Made by a program: the position numbers and the translations under genes
Notes under the pieces: model-generated
Databases searched by the model: none
What the model was told of the DNA's origin: nothing
Seen by the model: the letters and a program-made list of their open reading frames with translations, nothing else
Assembly (NCBI GenBank): GCA_963667175.2
Contig: CAXXXF010000016.1
Coordinates: 256,001 to 320,000 of the forward strand
From: Candidatus Latescibacterota bacterium
GTDB taxonomy: Bacteria; Latescibacterota; UBA2968; GCA-2709665
Direction: 5' to 3'
DNA: 64,000 nt
Shown: piece after piece, positions 39,129-49,763 of the stretch
How the letters are laid out: every line of letters begins with the position of its first letter
Position numbering within the stretch: position 1 is the stretch's first letter

Positions 39129-41087
39129 TCACCCTCCGTCCGATCGCGAACGGTCAGCCGAGTCTCCCCGTACAGCGACGGAGCTCTCCACGCCGCGGCG
39201 ACCGAACGCATTGACGGGCCTGACAGACAGCCGGTTCACCTCAGGATGCAGCCTCCATTCGAAGGCCGCTTCCGGCTCATCCTGCCATTCGCCGTCGTCG
39301 ATGCGTTTTTCGAACCCCGTCAGATTCGCGGTTTCCGTATCGAGAAGGACATAAAGCGCTTCCTGCTCCCCGCCTTGTCGGAGATGGATTTCGGCCCGGT
39401 TCGGCGTCCAATACAGGTCGCCCGCGCGTTCCGTGTGCTTGGAGAACCACGGCAGCCCTGGCGTGTCCGCGTCCTCCCAGTACAGGTATCTGTTGAAGTG
39501 ATAGGAAATCTTCCCATGCTCGGGCTCCCCGGGCCCCATCGTCTCCAGTTCGTCGTTCCGAAGGGAGATCATAAAGCGTTCGAACAATTTCAGGCGCTCG
39601 GCCACCTGAAACCGTCCGGCCACCGCCGGTGGAGGCTCGGGGACGACCTTTACGTCGGCGAAATCCTGTTCCACCCAGGCGCGGTGCGCTTCCAGAGCGC
39701 TGAGCGGCGCCCCCTGCCGCTCCAGGTGATAGGTGAATTTCGTCTCGTCGTTGGAATCTCCACCGACGTCCATGGCCACCCATTTGCCGTGCTGGTTCGA
39801 CCAGACTTCATTGATGCAATGTGAACGCATGATCTGTGTCCGCGCGGTAAACCCCAGCGCGGCGCAGCAGTGCGACATCACGGTCGCATAATGCGTGCAC
39901 ATTCCGAGGCTGAGCCGGCGGCGCGCCAAGCTCAAAATCACCATGGCGTCCCAGGGCGGGCAGAATTCGATCTCGCCCATGTTCCAGCCGTCCTCCCATT
40001 GCTCCCTCACCCACTGTCGCAGATGCAGGAACGCCTTGAACTCGGACTTTGCGGGACGGATGACTTCATCCAGTTTCCAGCGCTCCCGCAGGATCTTTCC
40101 CCGTTTGGAATCAGCCGGCAGGTGGGAAAACCGGTAAGAGCTACGTATCAACGCCGGGTTGTCGGAATCGACGATTCTTGCCGCCGGCTGTGTAACCCCG
40201 CCGGCCGTTACCGAAAGCGATACGCCCGTGACCTCCGGCGTCTTCGATGGCTGTTCTGACTGCAATATGATACGCCATTGCAGGAAACGGATCGGGTCCG
40301 CCGGAACGATCAATTCCGATGCCTGTGCCCAAGCCGTCCAGGTTTCCGGGCGGTAAGCCGGGCACGGCCCGCCCCGCCACTGCAGGTCCGCGCTACATCC
40401 CGTGGGCGTCCGGACGTCGGCGGACATGCGGATCGCATCTACGCGGCCCGCGGCGGCGATCCCACCAGTTGCAACAAGGCCCAACAGGTCCACTGCACTG
40501 GAACAGACCTCGCCTGTTTCTGCATTTTGATCCAACCAGAGCCGGACCATGTATTCTCCGCAGGCGCGGTCGTTGACACCCATCTCCTCGGACCGCCAGG
40601 TCAGACCGCCGTCTTCGCTCACGGCGCTCCGTTTTGGCTGGACGCTCTCCTCGATCAGCAGAGTCCACGTCGCATCGGCCACAGCCCGGAAAGTCACCTC
40701 ATTCCGACCCGCGCTGAGCCAGTCTGAGGGAATCTCCAGCGGATGCCAGCGGTCTTCCCAATATGAGCGTTCGCCGGGCCAGACGACTCTCAGCGAGTGA
40801 CCGTTCACGTCTACGTCCAACTCCCCGTCCGCCCTGTCGCACAGCAGATAGGGGCAAAGCAACGCGCGGGACGCGCCCATTTCGGGAATGAAGAATGACT
40901 TTCGGGCCTGTCGCAGGCCGGCGACTTCCTCACGGTCGTTCACACTGCAGTTGCCCATCTCGTCGGCGAGCGTAACCCCCCGCCTGAGCCTGACGGCCTC
41001 CTCCAAAACAGAGATTCCCCTGCCCGTACACGCTGCGAAGTCACGGCGAGAACGCCAGACCCTGGTGCCGTGCGCCAATGGCATCAC
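39129..41087 (-). CDS. transglutaminase-like domain protein
   Basis: Putative Cys-His-Asp triad: GMCTHYA, HCINEVW, WVAMD. Confidence 0.7.
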   Translation of the reverse strand: MMPLAHGTRVWRSRRDFAACTGRGISVLEEAVRLRRGVTLADEMGNCSVNDREEVAGLRQARKSFFIPEMGASRALLCPYLLCDRADGELDVDVNGHSLRVVWPGERSYWEDRWHPLEIPSDWLSAGRNEVTFRAVADATWTLLIEESVQPKRSAVSEDGGLTWRSEEMGVNDRACGEYMVRLWLDQNAETGEVCSSAVDLLGLVATGGIAAAGRVDAIRMSADVRTPTGCSADLQWRGGPCPAYRPETWTAWAQASELIVPADPIRFLQWRIILQSEQPSKTPEVTGVSLSVTAGGVTQPAARIVDSDNPALIRSSYRFSHLPADSKRGKILRERWKLDEVIRPAKSEFKAFLHLRQWVREQWEDGWNMGEIEFCPPWDAMVILSLARRRLSLGMCTHYATVMSHCCAALGFTARTQIMRSHCINEVWSNQHGKWVAMDVGGDSNDETKFTYHLERQGAPLSALEAHRAWVEQDFADVKVVPEPPPAVAGRFQVAERLKLFERFMISLRNDELETMGPGEPEHGKISYHFNRYLYWEDADTPGLPWFSKHTERAGDLYWTPNRAEIHLRQGGEQEALYVLLDTETANLTGFEKRIDDGEWQDEPEAAFEWRLHPEVNRLSVRPVNAFGRRGVESSVAVRGDSADRSRSDGG

Positions 41088-41262
41088 CGCCTCCCGTTCC
41101 GATAGGAGAATTGCGCCCTCATTGTCTATACACTATATTTGTAAGCCCGAATGCGCGGGCGGTGATGAAGGCCTGCAATCCCTGGTTTCAACACCCTCTC
41201 GGCCGGGGACGTTGCGCTTGATCATACCGCCTCCGCGAAAGAGCCGCTGCAGGTACGAACCG

Positions 41263-42744
41263 ATGCCAGACGAAGACATTGTACGCATAGGACACCTCAA
41301 GACCGTGGACGCGTTTCGGAAACGCCTCGAGGGGCTCCGCCTGGCATTGCGCTGCGACCAGGACGTCCTTACCGCGCCTGAATCTCCGCTCGCACAACCG
41401 TTTCCATTCACACCGGAACCGATCGGCAATCGGTTCGCGATCCACCCGATGGAAGGTTGGGACGGCCTGACCGACGGCAATCCGTCGGAAGTCACCCGTC
41501 GCCGGTGGCGCCACTTCGGTCTGAGCGGCGCAAAGCTCATATGGGGAGGGGAGGCGATTGCCGTTCGACCCGAAGCACGCGCCAACCCCAACCAGTTGTT
41601 CGCCGCCGAACATACCCGTAGCGGCCTGGGCGAGTTGCTCGTTACGCTACGAGCCGCCCACCGGCAGCACGTCGGCAACACCGACGATCTGGTGGTCGGG
41701 CTGCAACTCACGCACTCGGGACGGTTCTGTCGGCCCACGCACAAAAGAAGGATGGAACCCCGAATCCTGTACCGTCACCCCATCCTCGACCGTAAATTCG
41801 GCGTGGCCCCGGATCACCCGGTGATGTCGGACGGCGAGATACGATCCGTTATAGACGACTACGTCAGGGCCGCGCGAATGGCTGCCGATCTGGGCTATCA
41901 GTTCGTGGACATCAAGCATTGCCACGGATATCTGGGCCACGAATTCCTGAGCGCCGTCACGCGCGGCGGTCCCTTCGGCGGAACGTTCGAAAACAGGACG
42001 CGTTTCCTTAAGGAAATTGTCCATGGGATCCGGACCGTGGCGCCAGGTCTCCGGATTGGCGTACGCCTGAGCGTATTTGACTTCGTTCCGTTCCGGCCCG
42101 ATCCGGATCGATCCCACGGTCGCAGACAGGGCCCCGGCATTCCCGAAGACTTCGGCCACTGCCTGCCCTATACCTGCGGATTTGGCACGAATCCGTCCAA
42201 TCCCATCGTTCCGGATCTCACCGAACCCGATCTCTTTCTGGACCTTCTCGAGCACCTGGATATCCGGCTGGTCAATCTCTCCGCCGGCAGCCCGTATTAC
42301 AATCCTCACATTCAGCGTCCCGCGTATTATCCCCCGTCAGACGGATACCAACCCCCGGAAGACCCCCTGGCGGGTGTCGCGCGTCAGATCGACGTCGTCC
42401 GGCGGATCAAGAAGCAGCATCCCGGCCTGATCCTGGTGGGTACGGGATATTCCTACCTTCAGGAGTTTCTGCCGCACGTGGCGCAAGCCCAGGTGCGCGA
42501 AAGGCACGTTGATTTTGTCGGTCTGGGAAGGATGGTACTTTCCTACCCGCGGCTTCCGCTGGACGTCCTGGAAAAAGGGAAACTGAACACGCGGGTCGTC
42601 TGTCGGACGTTCAGCGATTGCACGACCGCGCCACGAAACGGCATGATATCGGGCTGTTTTCCTCTCGATACACATTACAAAAAAACCCCTGAAGCCACAC
42701 GCCTCAGGGAAATTAAGAAAGCCGTCCGTCCCCGGCAAGGGTAA
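41263..42744 (+). CDS. NADH:flavin oxidoreductase (Old Yellow Enzyme family)
   Basis: [34 protein letters not shown] and VGLGR. Confidence 0.9.
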   Translation: MPDEDIVRIGHLKTVDAFRKRLEGLRLALRCDQDVLTAPESPLAQPFPFTPEPIGNRFAIHPMEGWDGLTDGNPSEVTRRRWRHFGLSGAKLIWGGEAIAVRPEARANPNQLFAAEHTRSGLGELLVTLRAAHRQHVGNTDDLVVGLQLTHSGRFCRPTHKRRMEPRILYRHPILDRKFGVAPDHPVMSDGEIRSVIDDYVRAARMAADLGYQFVDIKHCHGYLGHEFLSAVTRGGPFGGTFENRTRFLKEIVHGIRTVAPGLRIGVRLSVFDFVPFRPDPDRSHGRRQGPGIPEDFGHCLPYTCGFGTNPSNPIVPDLTEPDLFLDLLEHLDIRLVNLSAGSPYYNPHIQRPAYYPPSDGYQPPEDPLAGVARQIDVVRRIKKQHPGLILVGTGYSYLQEFLPHVAQAQVRERHVDFVGLGRMVLSYPRLPLDVLEKGKLNTRVVCRTFSDCTTAPRNGMISGCFPLDTHYKKTPEATRLREIKKAVRPRQG

Positions 42745-42780
42745 AGCGGCGCGGCGCGGGTAGATCCGCGCTCGACGCGC

Positions 42781-43590
42781 TCAACCCGCGCCGCCATCTG
42801 CGATTGCCTCGGATTTCAGTACGAAGACCTCCTCCAGATTGAAGAAATCGACGTTCGGCGCCACCTGGACTTCCCTGAAAAGGGCCTGATCGCGTTCGCC
42901 CACCCGGATTACGGTGCCGATCATAAGTCCCTTGGGAAACACGCCCCCGAGGCCCGAGGAAATGATCCTGTCGCCTTCGGAAACCTCGCTGCGTACCGAC
43001 ACGTGCCTCAGGAAAAACCTGCCGTTTTCACTCGTTACAATCCCCGAAGTCCGTTCATCGCGCTGCACGATCGCGCTCACCCTGCAATTGCGATCGAGAA
43101 GCAACTGAACCACCGCGGTTCGCGGGTGAACTTCCAGCACGCGACCGACGAGCCCGTCCGCCGTTACGACCGGCATGCGTTTCGCCACGCCGTCCGCCGC
43201 ACCCAGATCCAATAGCACGGTGTTCAGTACGCGGTTCGGATCCCGGGCAACCACCTTGGCCACAAGATACGTGCCTTCGGCCTTAGATCGGAAATCGAGC
43301 AATTCGCGGAGTCGGAGATTTTCCATCTGCGCCTCACGGAGTTCGAGCAACTCAAGCGAGATGCGCAGATTCTGCTCCCGCAGGATGCGGTTCTCGCGGC
43401 GCAGCCCGGAGAGTTCCATAGGCCATGTGAACAGCCCGTGACCGGTCTTGAGCAATCCGGTGGCGATACCCCTGGCCAACGCCACGCCTTCGGATTGACC
43501 AAGCGCCATAAGGCCCGACGATACAACGACGGCCATGCCCAGAACGACCAGGGAACGGTGCCCGCGTATAAATCCGAACAGCCACTGCAT
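42781..43590 (-). CDS. mreC: rod shape-determining protein MreC
   Basis: TM helix, coiled coil (ENLRLRELL), GLVGRV and SSGLGGVFPKG. Confidence 0.95.
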   Translation of the reverse strand: MQWLFGFIRGHRSLVVLGMAVVVSSGLMALGQSEGVALARGIATGLLKTGHGLFTWPMELSGLRRENRILREQNLRISLELLELREAQMENLRLRELLDFRSKAEGTYLVAKVVARDPNRVLNTVLLDLGAADGVAKRMPVVTADGLVGRVLEVHPRTAVVQLLLDRNCRVSAIVQRDERTSGIVTSENGRFFLRHVSVRSEVSEGDRIISSGLGGVFPKGLMIGTVIRVGERDQALFREVQVAPNVDFFNLEEVFVLKSEAIADGGAG

Positions 43591-43612
43591 GGGTCATCCA
43601 AACCGCAATCGA

Positions 43613-44632
43613 TTACAACAGCAGCTTCTGATACTGGTCGATATTCTCGAGAACACGCCCGGTACCGCGCACAACGCAGGTGAGCGGATCGTCGGCCACG
43701 ATCACGGGCAGACCGGTCTCTTCCATCAGTCTGCGGTCCAATCCCCGCAGCAATGCTCCGCCTCCCGTCATGATAATGCCCCGATCGAGTATATCGGCAG
43801 CCAGTTCCGGCGGCGTATGCTCCAGAGTCTGCCGCACCGCTTCCAGAATGGAATTCACCGTCCCGTTGAGAGCTTCCCGAATTTCCACCGAGTCGACGAT
43901 GATGGTCTTCGGGATGAAACTGACCGTATCCAGCCCCCGGCAGGGATGCTGGAATTCGCTATCCAGTGTGCCGGCAGAACCGATTTCACACTTGATTTGT
44001 TCCGCGCTCCGCTCTCCAACAAGAAGGTTGTGTTTGCGTCTGAGCATCGTGATGATGGCCTGATTCATCCCGTCGCCCGCTATCTTGATGGACCGCGAGG
44101 TCACGATGCCCGACAGAGCAATCACCGCGATTTCGGTGGTACCGCCTCCGATGTCAATCACCATGGATCCCACGGCCTCCTCCACGGGAAGGCCGATCCC
44201 GATCGCGGCGGCCATGGGTTCCGTGATGATGTAGACCTCGCGGGCCCCCGCACGTTCGGCGGATTCCCTGACGGCACGCATTTCGACGGCAGTCACCCCT
44301 GACGGCACGCATATCACAATCCGAGGGCGGACGAGAAGCCTGTTTTTCTGGACCTTCCGGATGAAGTGACGCAGCATCTCTTCGGTCACGTCGAAATCGG
44401 CAATGACCCCGTTCCGCAGTGGGCGTATTACGTCAATATCGGGGTTCTGGCGCCCCATCATCTGCTTGGCATGAGATCCGATTGCGAGCGGTTTGTGGGA
44501 ATTGCGGTCCAGCGCAACAACCGACGGCTCGTCGACCACGATGTTCTGTCCTTTGACGTAAACCAGGGTATTGGCCGTACCCAGATCGATGCCAATGTCG
44601 TTGGACAGCAGTCTGGAAAGAAATAGAGCCAT
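43613..44632 (-). CDS. mreB: rod shape-determining protein MreB
   Basis: IDLGTANT, EPMAAAIG, DIGGGTTE and TGGGALL. Confidence 0.97.
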   Translation of the reverse strand: MALFLSRLLSNDIGIDLGTANTLVYVKGQNIVVDEPSVVALDRNSHKPLAIGSHAKQMMGRQNPDIDVIRPLRNGVIADFDVTEEMLRHFIRKVQKNRLLVRPRIVICVPSGVTAVEMRAVRESAERAGAREVYIITEPMAAAIGIGLPVEEAVGSMVIDIGGGTTEIAVIALSGIVTSRSIKIAGDGMNQAIITMLRRKHNLLVGERSAEQIKCEIGSAGTLDSEFQHPCRGLDTVSFIPKTIIVDSVEIREALNGTVNSILEAVRQTLEHTPPELAADILDRGIIMTGGGALLRGLDRRLMEETGLPVIVADDPLTCVVRGTGRVLENIDQYQKLLL

Positions 44633-44723
44633 AACGTTTCGTTTCCTAACGGGTTAGCCGAGCAATCGGTCTCGAACGTCGCGAAACTTGCCCAGGGTCT
44701 TCGTGTCCGGGACAGAGCACGAG

Positions 44724-44883
44724 CAGTCCGTTGAAAAAGTCGCTCCGAAGGCGAGGCCGAGGCATTGTGGCCGAAGACAAGGCGCGCGACCGACGCGCAT
44801 CCCTGGATTCGGGGAGGGAGCGCAACGCCGTCGTTCGGTCACAAGGCCCGGACGCAGACCGGATGGACTTTTTCGACGGGCTG
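44724..44883. mobile_element. 160-bp MITE-like element with 18-bp terminal inverted repeats
   Basis: CAGTCCGTTGAAAAAGTC ... GACTTTTTCGACGGGCTG (2 mismatches); nested internal hairpin; no ORF. Confidence 0.65.
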
Positions 44884-45546
44884 TTAGATTAGAATTCGCA
44901 CCTCCCGGCCATCCACGCTGATTTTACCTTCCGCGAAGAGGCCGATCACTTCGGAAAATAACTCGTGCTCCACGGCCAGCACCTTGCGCGCGAGTGACTC
45001 GGGCGTTTCTTCCGGCGTGACGCGGACGCTTCGCCGCAAGATGACCGGGCCGGTGTCGTAATCCCCGTCCACGAGATGGACGGTCGCTCCCGACACCTCC
45101 ACGCCGCTGCGGACGACGGCTTCGTGGACGCGGTTCCCGTACAACCCCTTGCCACCGAATGCGGGAAGCAGGGCGGGGTGGATATTGATAACTCGATCCT
45201 TAAAGCTCTCAAGCGTCACGGGGCCCAGTTTCTTCATATAACCGGCCAGAACCACCAGGTCGACACCATGGGACCTGAGCGTTTCCGCGATCGCGCGGTC
45301 GAGGGCGCCGGGTTGCGGATGCGTCCTGCCGCTGAGGTGGAACACCGGGATTCCCGCCCGGCGGGCGCGGGCGAAAGCGCCCGATCGGCTGTTGTTGCCA
45401 ATTACCACGCCCACGCGCGCCGGAAGCCGACCCGAAGCGCTGCGGTCGAGTATCGCCTGTAGATTGGTCCCCCCTCCAGAGGCCAGCACACCCAGGCGAC
45501 AGGCAGCTTTCCGTCCTGACAGGTTCACCGCTCTACGATCCGACAC
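44884..45546 (-). CDS. purN: phosphoribosylglycinamide formyltransferase
   Basis: SGGGTNLQA, LAGYMK, INIHPALLP and GATVH..D..YDTGP. Confidence 0.95.
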   Translation of the reverse strand: MSDRRAVNLSGRKAACRLGVLASGGGTNLQAILDRSASGRLPARVGVVIGNNSRSGAFARARRAGIPVFHLSGRTHPQPGALDRAIAETLRSHGVDLVVLAGYMKKLGPVTLESFKDRVINIHPALLPAFGGKGLYGNRVHEAVVRSGVEVSGATVHLVDGDYDTGPVILRRSVRVTPEETPESLARKVLAVEHELFSEVIGLFAEGKISVDGREVRILI

Positions 45547-45669
45547 GGGGATACATTCCGAAAGCTGACTTTACAGCATATAATTCGGCGGGGAAGAAGT
45601 AGAAAAGAGGGAAGATACCCAACCGCAAGAGTGGCGGCGGGCCCGAGAGACAATCGGCTCGGCCAACTC

Positions 45670-45698
45670 AAAATAACCCATTGCGCGTTCGATGTCAA
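45670..45698 (-). promoter_or_regulatory. sigma70 promoter of purN(-mreBC)
   Basis: Minus strand TTGACA-N17-TATTTT. Confidence 0.6.
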
Positions 45699-45822
45699 GG
45701 GCTTTTCAGGCCAGGTTCAGCCGGTGCGGCAGACGAAATCCACTTGACAAGGATACGACGATTTTTCTTATTTAAACCGGTAAATGTTAAGCACTTACTC
45801 ATCAGGCGAACCACCACGGAGG

Positions 45823-46707
45823 ATGTCTTTGAAGATTCGCAAAGCGGTAATCGCGGCGGCCGGGCATGGAAGCCGGATGTTGCCGGCTACCAAAGCCCTG
45901 CCCAAGGAGATGATGCCCGTCGTGGACAAACCGGCTATACAGTACATCGTCGAAGAACTGGTCGAAGCCGGCATCGAAGACATCCTGATGATCACGGGCA
46001 GAGGCAAACGGTCCATTGAAGACCACTTCGACCGCAACGTCGAAATCCACAACGCACTCGCACAGCGTGAAGACCGCTCGATGCTTGCGAACCTCGAACG
46101 TATCGAGCAGCTTGCCGACATCCACTATCTCCGACAGAGAGAACTGCTCGGTACCGGTCACGCCGTCCTCAAGGCCCGTAAACACGTCGGCGACGAACCC
46201 TTTGCCGTGTTATTCGGAGACGATCTGGTGGTGTCGGAACGTCCGTGCATCGGGCAACTGATGGACCTTTACGACAGATCGGGTGCGTCGATTCTGGCGG
46301 TAAAGGAAGTCCCCCGAGAACGTGTCGGAAGCTACGGTGTGATCCGGGCCGAACCCGCCAACGGGGACTATCTCGTAAAGGGGCTGGTGGAAAAACCCGA
46401 ACCGGCGCAGGCGCCTTCGAACTTCGCCTGTCTCGGTCGGTATATCTTCGAACCCGACATCTTCGATTTTCTGGACCGAATCAGCCCGGTGGATAACGGC
46501 GAGTACCAGCTTACCGACGCGATTCAACTCATGGTTCAATCCCGCCCCGTCTACGCGTGCGCGATCGACGGGGACTGGCACACGGTTGGCGACCTGCTTT
46601 CGTATGTTCAGACGTCGGTCTCATTTGCCCTGATGCACCCCGAAATCGGCCAATCCTTCCGCGAATACCTGAAAACCGTTTGCCAGATTCCTCCCACTGG
46701 CGTCTAG
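45823..46707 (+). CDS. galU: UTP--glucose-1-phosphate uridylyltransferase
   Basis: AAGHGSRMLPATKALPKEMMP, LGTGHAV, VEKP and GEYQLTDAI; the start may be TTG 45829. Confidence 0.93.
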   Translation: MSLKIRKAVIAAAGHGSRMLPATKALPKEMMPVVDKPAIQYIVEELVEAGIEDILMITGRGKRSIEDHFDRNVEIHNALAQREDRSMLANLERIEQLADIHYLRQRELLGTGHAVLKARKHVGDEPFAVLFGDDLVVSERPCIGQLMDLYDRSGASILAVKEVPRERVGSYGVIRAEPANGDYLVKGLVEKPEPAQAPSNFACLGRYIFEPDIFDFLDRISPVDNGEYQLTDAIQLMVQSRPVYACAIDGDWHTVGDLLSYVQTSVSFALMHPEIGQSFREYLKTVCQIPPTGV

Positions 46708-46710
46708 ACG

Positions 46711-47211
46711 TCATTCCGCTGCGGAGCGGGACCGCCAGCCGTCAAGAATGCCGTTGAATTCATCCAGAATCTCTTCCACGCCGGCGACAATTTCACGTTC
46801 GTTCCTCGCGATCCATTTCATGTCCCGCCCGCTGACAATGTTGCGTCTTTCACAGGTCTCAAGTTCATCCCGATCAAGTACCGTAAGCCGCCCTTCCGGA
46901 TCGAACCAGAGGTCCAGCAGGAGGTCGACGTAGTCCACGCTGCGGTCGCCGATCTCAAGATTTCTGCAGACGTGAAAGAGATGGCCCAGCAGCCGCCCTT
47001 CCGGATCGCACATTTTCCACAACACGTATCCGGCCCCGTGCCGATAGTATCCGTACGTTACGGAGCCGGTTCGAATCGCCGTATCTCCAACGCGGCCCGG
47101 CCGGGCGTTCACATATTTGAGCACCACACGGTCGCCGGCGTGCACGATGGGCTCGCAGACAAAGACGGCATCCGGTTTGTCCAGGTGCCGCTTTACCTCC
47201 CGAAACTTCAT
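46711..47211 (-). CDS. DUF402-family protein
   Basis: VDYVDLLLDLW...VLDRDEL motif; start uncertain. Confidence 0.7.
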   Translation of the reverse strand: MKFREVKRHLDKPDAVFVCEPIVHAGDRVVLKYVNARPGRVGDTAIRTGSVTYGYYRHGAGYVLWKMCDPEGRLLGHLFHVCRNLEIGDRSVDYVDLLLDLWFDPEGRLTVLDRDELETCERRNIVSGRDMKWIARNEREIVAGVEEILDEFNGILDGWRSRSAAE

Positions 47212-47396
47212 GGCGAAAGAGAACGGGTCAGCAGATAACAGAACAGCATCGTTGTGCTCGCCACCAGCCAGCATGCCCATTGAAGCAGTTTCGCCCGTCG
47301 CCCGGCCATACCGGAAGAAACGGACTGGCCCAGATAGCATATCAGGAACACCAGCGAAATGCCGATACCCCAGATTGTAATCAAGAAATACCCTCC

Positions 47397-48140
47397 TCAC
47401 TCCTGCGCCTGCGCTTCGCCCGTCATCGGTACAAACCGGACGGCGATAACCCGTTCTTCCCTTACGCCGTCCTTCTCCTTGACGAGTAACGTCAGGTATT
47501 GATTGTCGGTGCCGACAGGAATCACCATGCGTCCGCCTTCCCGAAGCTGTTCGACGAGCTCAGGCGGAATATGGTCGGGCGCCGCGGTTACGATCACCGC
47601 GTCGAACGGCGCGTGTTCCGCCCAGCCACGGTACCCGTCGCCGAGGCGTACGCTGATATTGTCGTATCCCATGCGCCTGAGTCGTTCTTCGGCCTGCCGG
47701 GCGAGTGACGGCACGATTTCGATGGTATACACTTCCCGCACCAGCCTTGCCAGAACGGCCGCCTGGTACCCCGAGCCGGTTCCCACTTCCAGCACGCTCT
47801 CGTCGCCCTTGAGGGCCAGCAGTTCCGTCATTTTCGCCACGATGTACGGCTGTGAAATCGTCTGGTCTTCCCCGATCGGCAGCGCGCCGTCGTCGTACGC
47901 CCGCGATTTCAGGTGCGGGGGCACAAAAAGGTGGCGCGGTACCCCAATCAAGGCGTTCAACACACGCGGATCTTTGATTCCGCGGCGCTTGATCTGTGTT
48001 TTTACCATCTTCCTGCGCATAATGAGAAATCGAGCCTCCTCATCCGCCGACGTCCTCTGTCCGTCGGTCGAATCCGCACGACAACCTGCGCAAAGCACGA
48101 TCCACAACGCCGGCATTGTTGCGCCGCGTAAGCGATGCAT
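47397..48140 (-). CDS. pcm: protein-L-isoaspartate O-methyltransferase with N-terminal lipoprotein-like signal
   Basis: VPRHLFV, QTISQP, LEVGTGSGYQAA and APFDAVIVTAA. Confidence 0.93.
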   Translation of the reverse strand: MHRLRGATMPALWIVLCAGCRADSTDGQRTSADEEARFLIMRRKMVKTQIKRRGIKDPRVLNALIGVPRHLFVPPHLKSRAYDDGALPIGEDQTISQPYIVAKMTELLALKGDESVLEVGTGSGYQAAVLARLVREVYTIEIVPSLARQAEERLRRMGYDNISVRLGDGYRGWAEHAPFDAVIVTAAPDHIPPELVEQLREGGRMVIPVGTDNQYLTLLVKEKDGVREERVIAVRFVPMTGEAQAQE

Positions 48141-48161
48141 GATCTACGGCCTCCGGGGGAA

Positions 48162-49763
48162 TCACTGTTTCCTGCTCTCGAGGTAGGCCCTGTCTCGCTG
48201 CAGAAGGTCCGGATTCAACCGGTAGAACAGCGCCCGGGTCTGGGGCAGCATCCTGCTGGTGACGACAAACCGGCCATCTAGCAACAACGATGGATTCATC
48301 GACGGATCGATACCCGCTTTCGCCGCCGCCTGCCGGGACCGTCGTGCCATCGAGGGGCCTTCGTCTGCCGCGCAGCGCTTTACGCGTTCGACGTCCATTG
48401 CCTGCTGCTCCAGGCAGGCGGCATCGGACCCTCCTGCGCCGTCCCCAGACGCACCCCCGAACACGCACATCGTAAAGGCCTTGTAACGATGGGGATAAAG
48501 CCGCCGGACACACAAGCTGGAAAACGTGTTCTCGTCCTGCCCGATCGGATGGAGGTGGAGACGTTCCGGGGCTTCCACGGCTTCCAGCCAGGTCAACAGA
48601 CCTCCCACGGTTCGTGTCGTCGATGGCGACGCTCCCGCAAAGAAGAAGTCCATTCGACCCGGAATGGCCTTCCGTCCCATCAGCCGCGAGACGGGCAGGA
48701 GCACGGGCCGCGGCACGTAACTGTCTCCCATCGGATACACGGCCTGCGCAATCCGCTGGAACCGGGCTGTCGCGGCGAATCCCGAACCCAGAATGAACGC
48801 GGGCACCCGATCGATCCGATAGCGTTGCGCCAGTTTCCGCCCCTGCCGGGAGTGTACGTTTACCGTTCGAACGTCCACGCCCGGGAACAACTCCCGGGTG
48901 GACCGGACAAACGTCTCCGGATCGCACAGGTCGCATTCGGTATCGTTCAAGACCGTCATCCTGAAGACGACGGGATCGCTGAATCTGCACGCCGCCGAGG
49001 GCTTGCCGGCGTCAACGCAGATTCCGACACGGCCCGTCGACGCACAGTCCTTATCGGCGCCGCAAACCGGGACTGCCGCACATGGCCCTGCCAGACTGTC
49101 GATTCCGCAAATACGGCGCGCCAGACCCTGCCTTGCGATTCCGCCCTTTACTTCCTCGCCGTTGACGTACAGGGTCGGCGACGCCTGGATGCCCAGACGA
49201 CTGGCCCTCCGGATATTGTCGCGGAAGAGCGCTTCGCCTTCTGGACCGGACGCGGCCGCCGCCACCCGTTCAGGATCGATTCCCGCCCGCCGCGCGCTGG
49301 CCTGCCAATCCGGGGAATCCACGTCTTCGTTTCTATGGAGAATATAGTCATAGTAGCGGTCGGGATACAAATGCATCATGACGACCTGCCGGATTCCCTC
49401 CTCCACTTCCGCGTCGCCATGCAGGCTGAGGAATCGGCCCGTACCGTAAACCGCGCCTGACTCGCAGGCTTCGCGTCCGGGCTCGCGCGGCCTGAGCGGC
49501 GCGGCGGGCGCGGACTCCTCTCCGGCCTCCTGGGCGATGAAATGCAGCCGGAAATCGATAGCTTCTCCAAACGCCTTGAGCGCGGGTTCAAGCGCCGCCT
49601 CCGCCCGCATGCCGTACGGACAGTGTGGCATCACAAACAACTCAACCCGTACGCGTTTCGGTGAATCCCCGGCCTCACCTGCCGAAACGTCGGCATCGGG
49701 ATTCAGAAGCCAGGGCAATATGCCCACGCACAAGGTTGTGATGATTGCCCGGATCAATCGCAT
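48162..49763 (-). CDS. exported multi-domain thioredoxin-fold (DsbA/GILT-like) Cys-rich protein
   Basis: Signal peptide; ELFVMPHCPYG, SLHG..E..E, GIQASPTLYVNG, a Cys-rich linker, CDLC and RVPAF. Confidence 0.65.
   Translation of the reverse strand: MRLIRAIITTLCVGILPWLLNPDADVSAGEAGDSPKRVRVELFVMPHCPYGMRAEAALEPALKAFGEAIDFRLHFIAQEAGEESAPAAPLRPREPGREACESGAVYGTGRFLSLHGDAEVEEGIRQVVMMHLYPDRYYDYILHRNEDVDSPDWQASARRAGIDPERVAAAASGPEGEALFRDNIRRASRLGIQASPTLYVNGEEVKGGIARQGLARRICGIDSLAGPCAAVPVCGADKDCASTGRVGICVDAGKPSAACRFSDPVVFRMTVLNDTECDLCDPETFVRSTRELFPGVDVRTVNVHSRQGRKLAQRYRIDRVPAFILGSGFAATARFQRIAQAVYPMGDSYVPRPVLLPVSRLMGRKAIPGRMDFFFAGASPSTTRTVGGLLTWLEAVEAPERLHLHPIGQDENTFSSLCVRRLYPHRYKAFTMCVFGGASGDGAGGSDAACLEQQAMDVERVKRCAADEGPSMARRSRQAAAKAGIDPSMNPSLLLDGRFVVTSRMLPQTRALFYRLNPDLLQRDRAYLESRKQ

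Noticed and set aside
42745-44632. mreB-mreC without mreD/pbp2/rodA
   Set aside because: Split mre clusters are common, and the missing genes may lie elsewhere in the genome.
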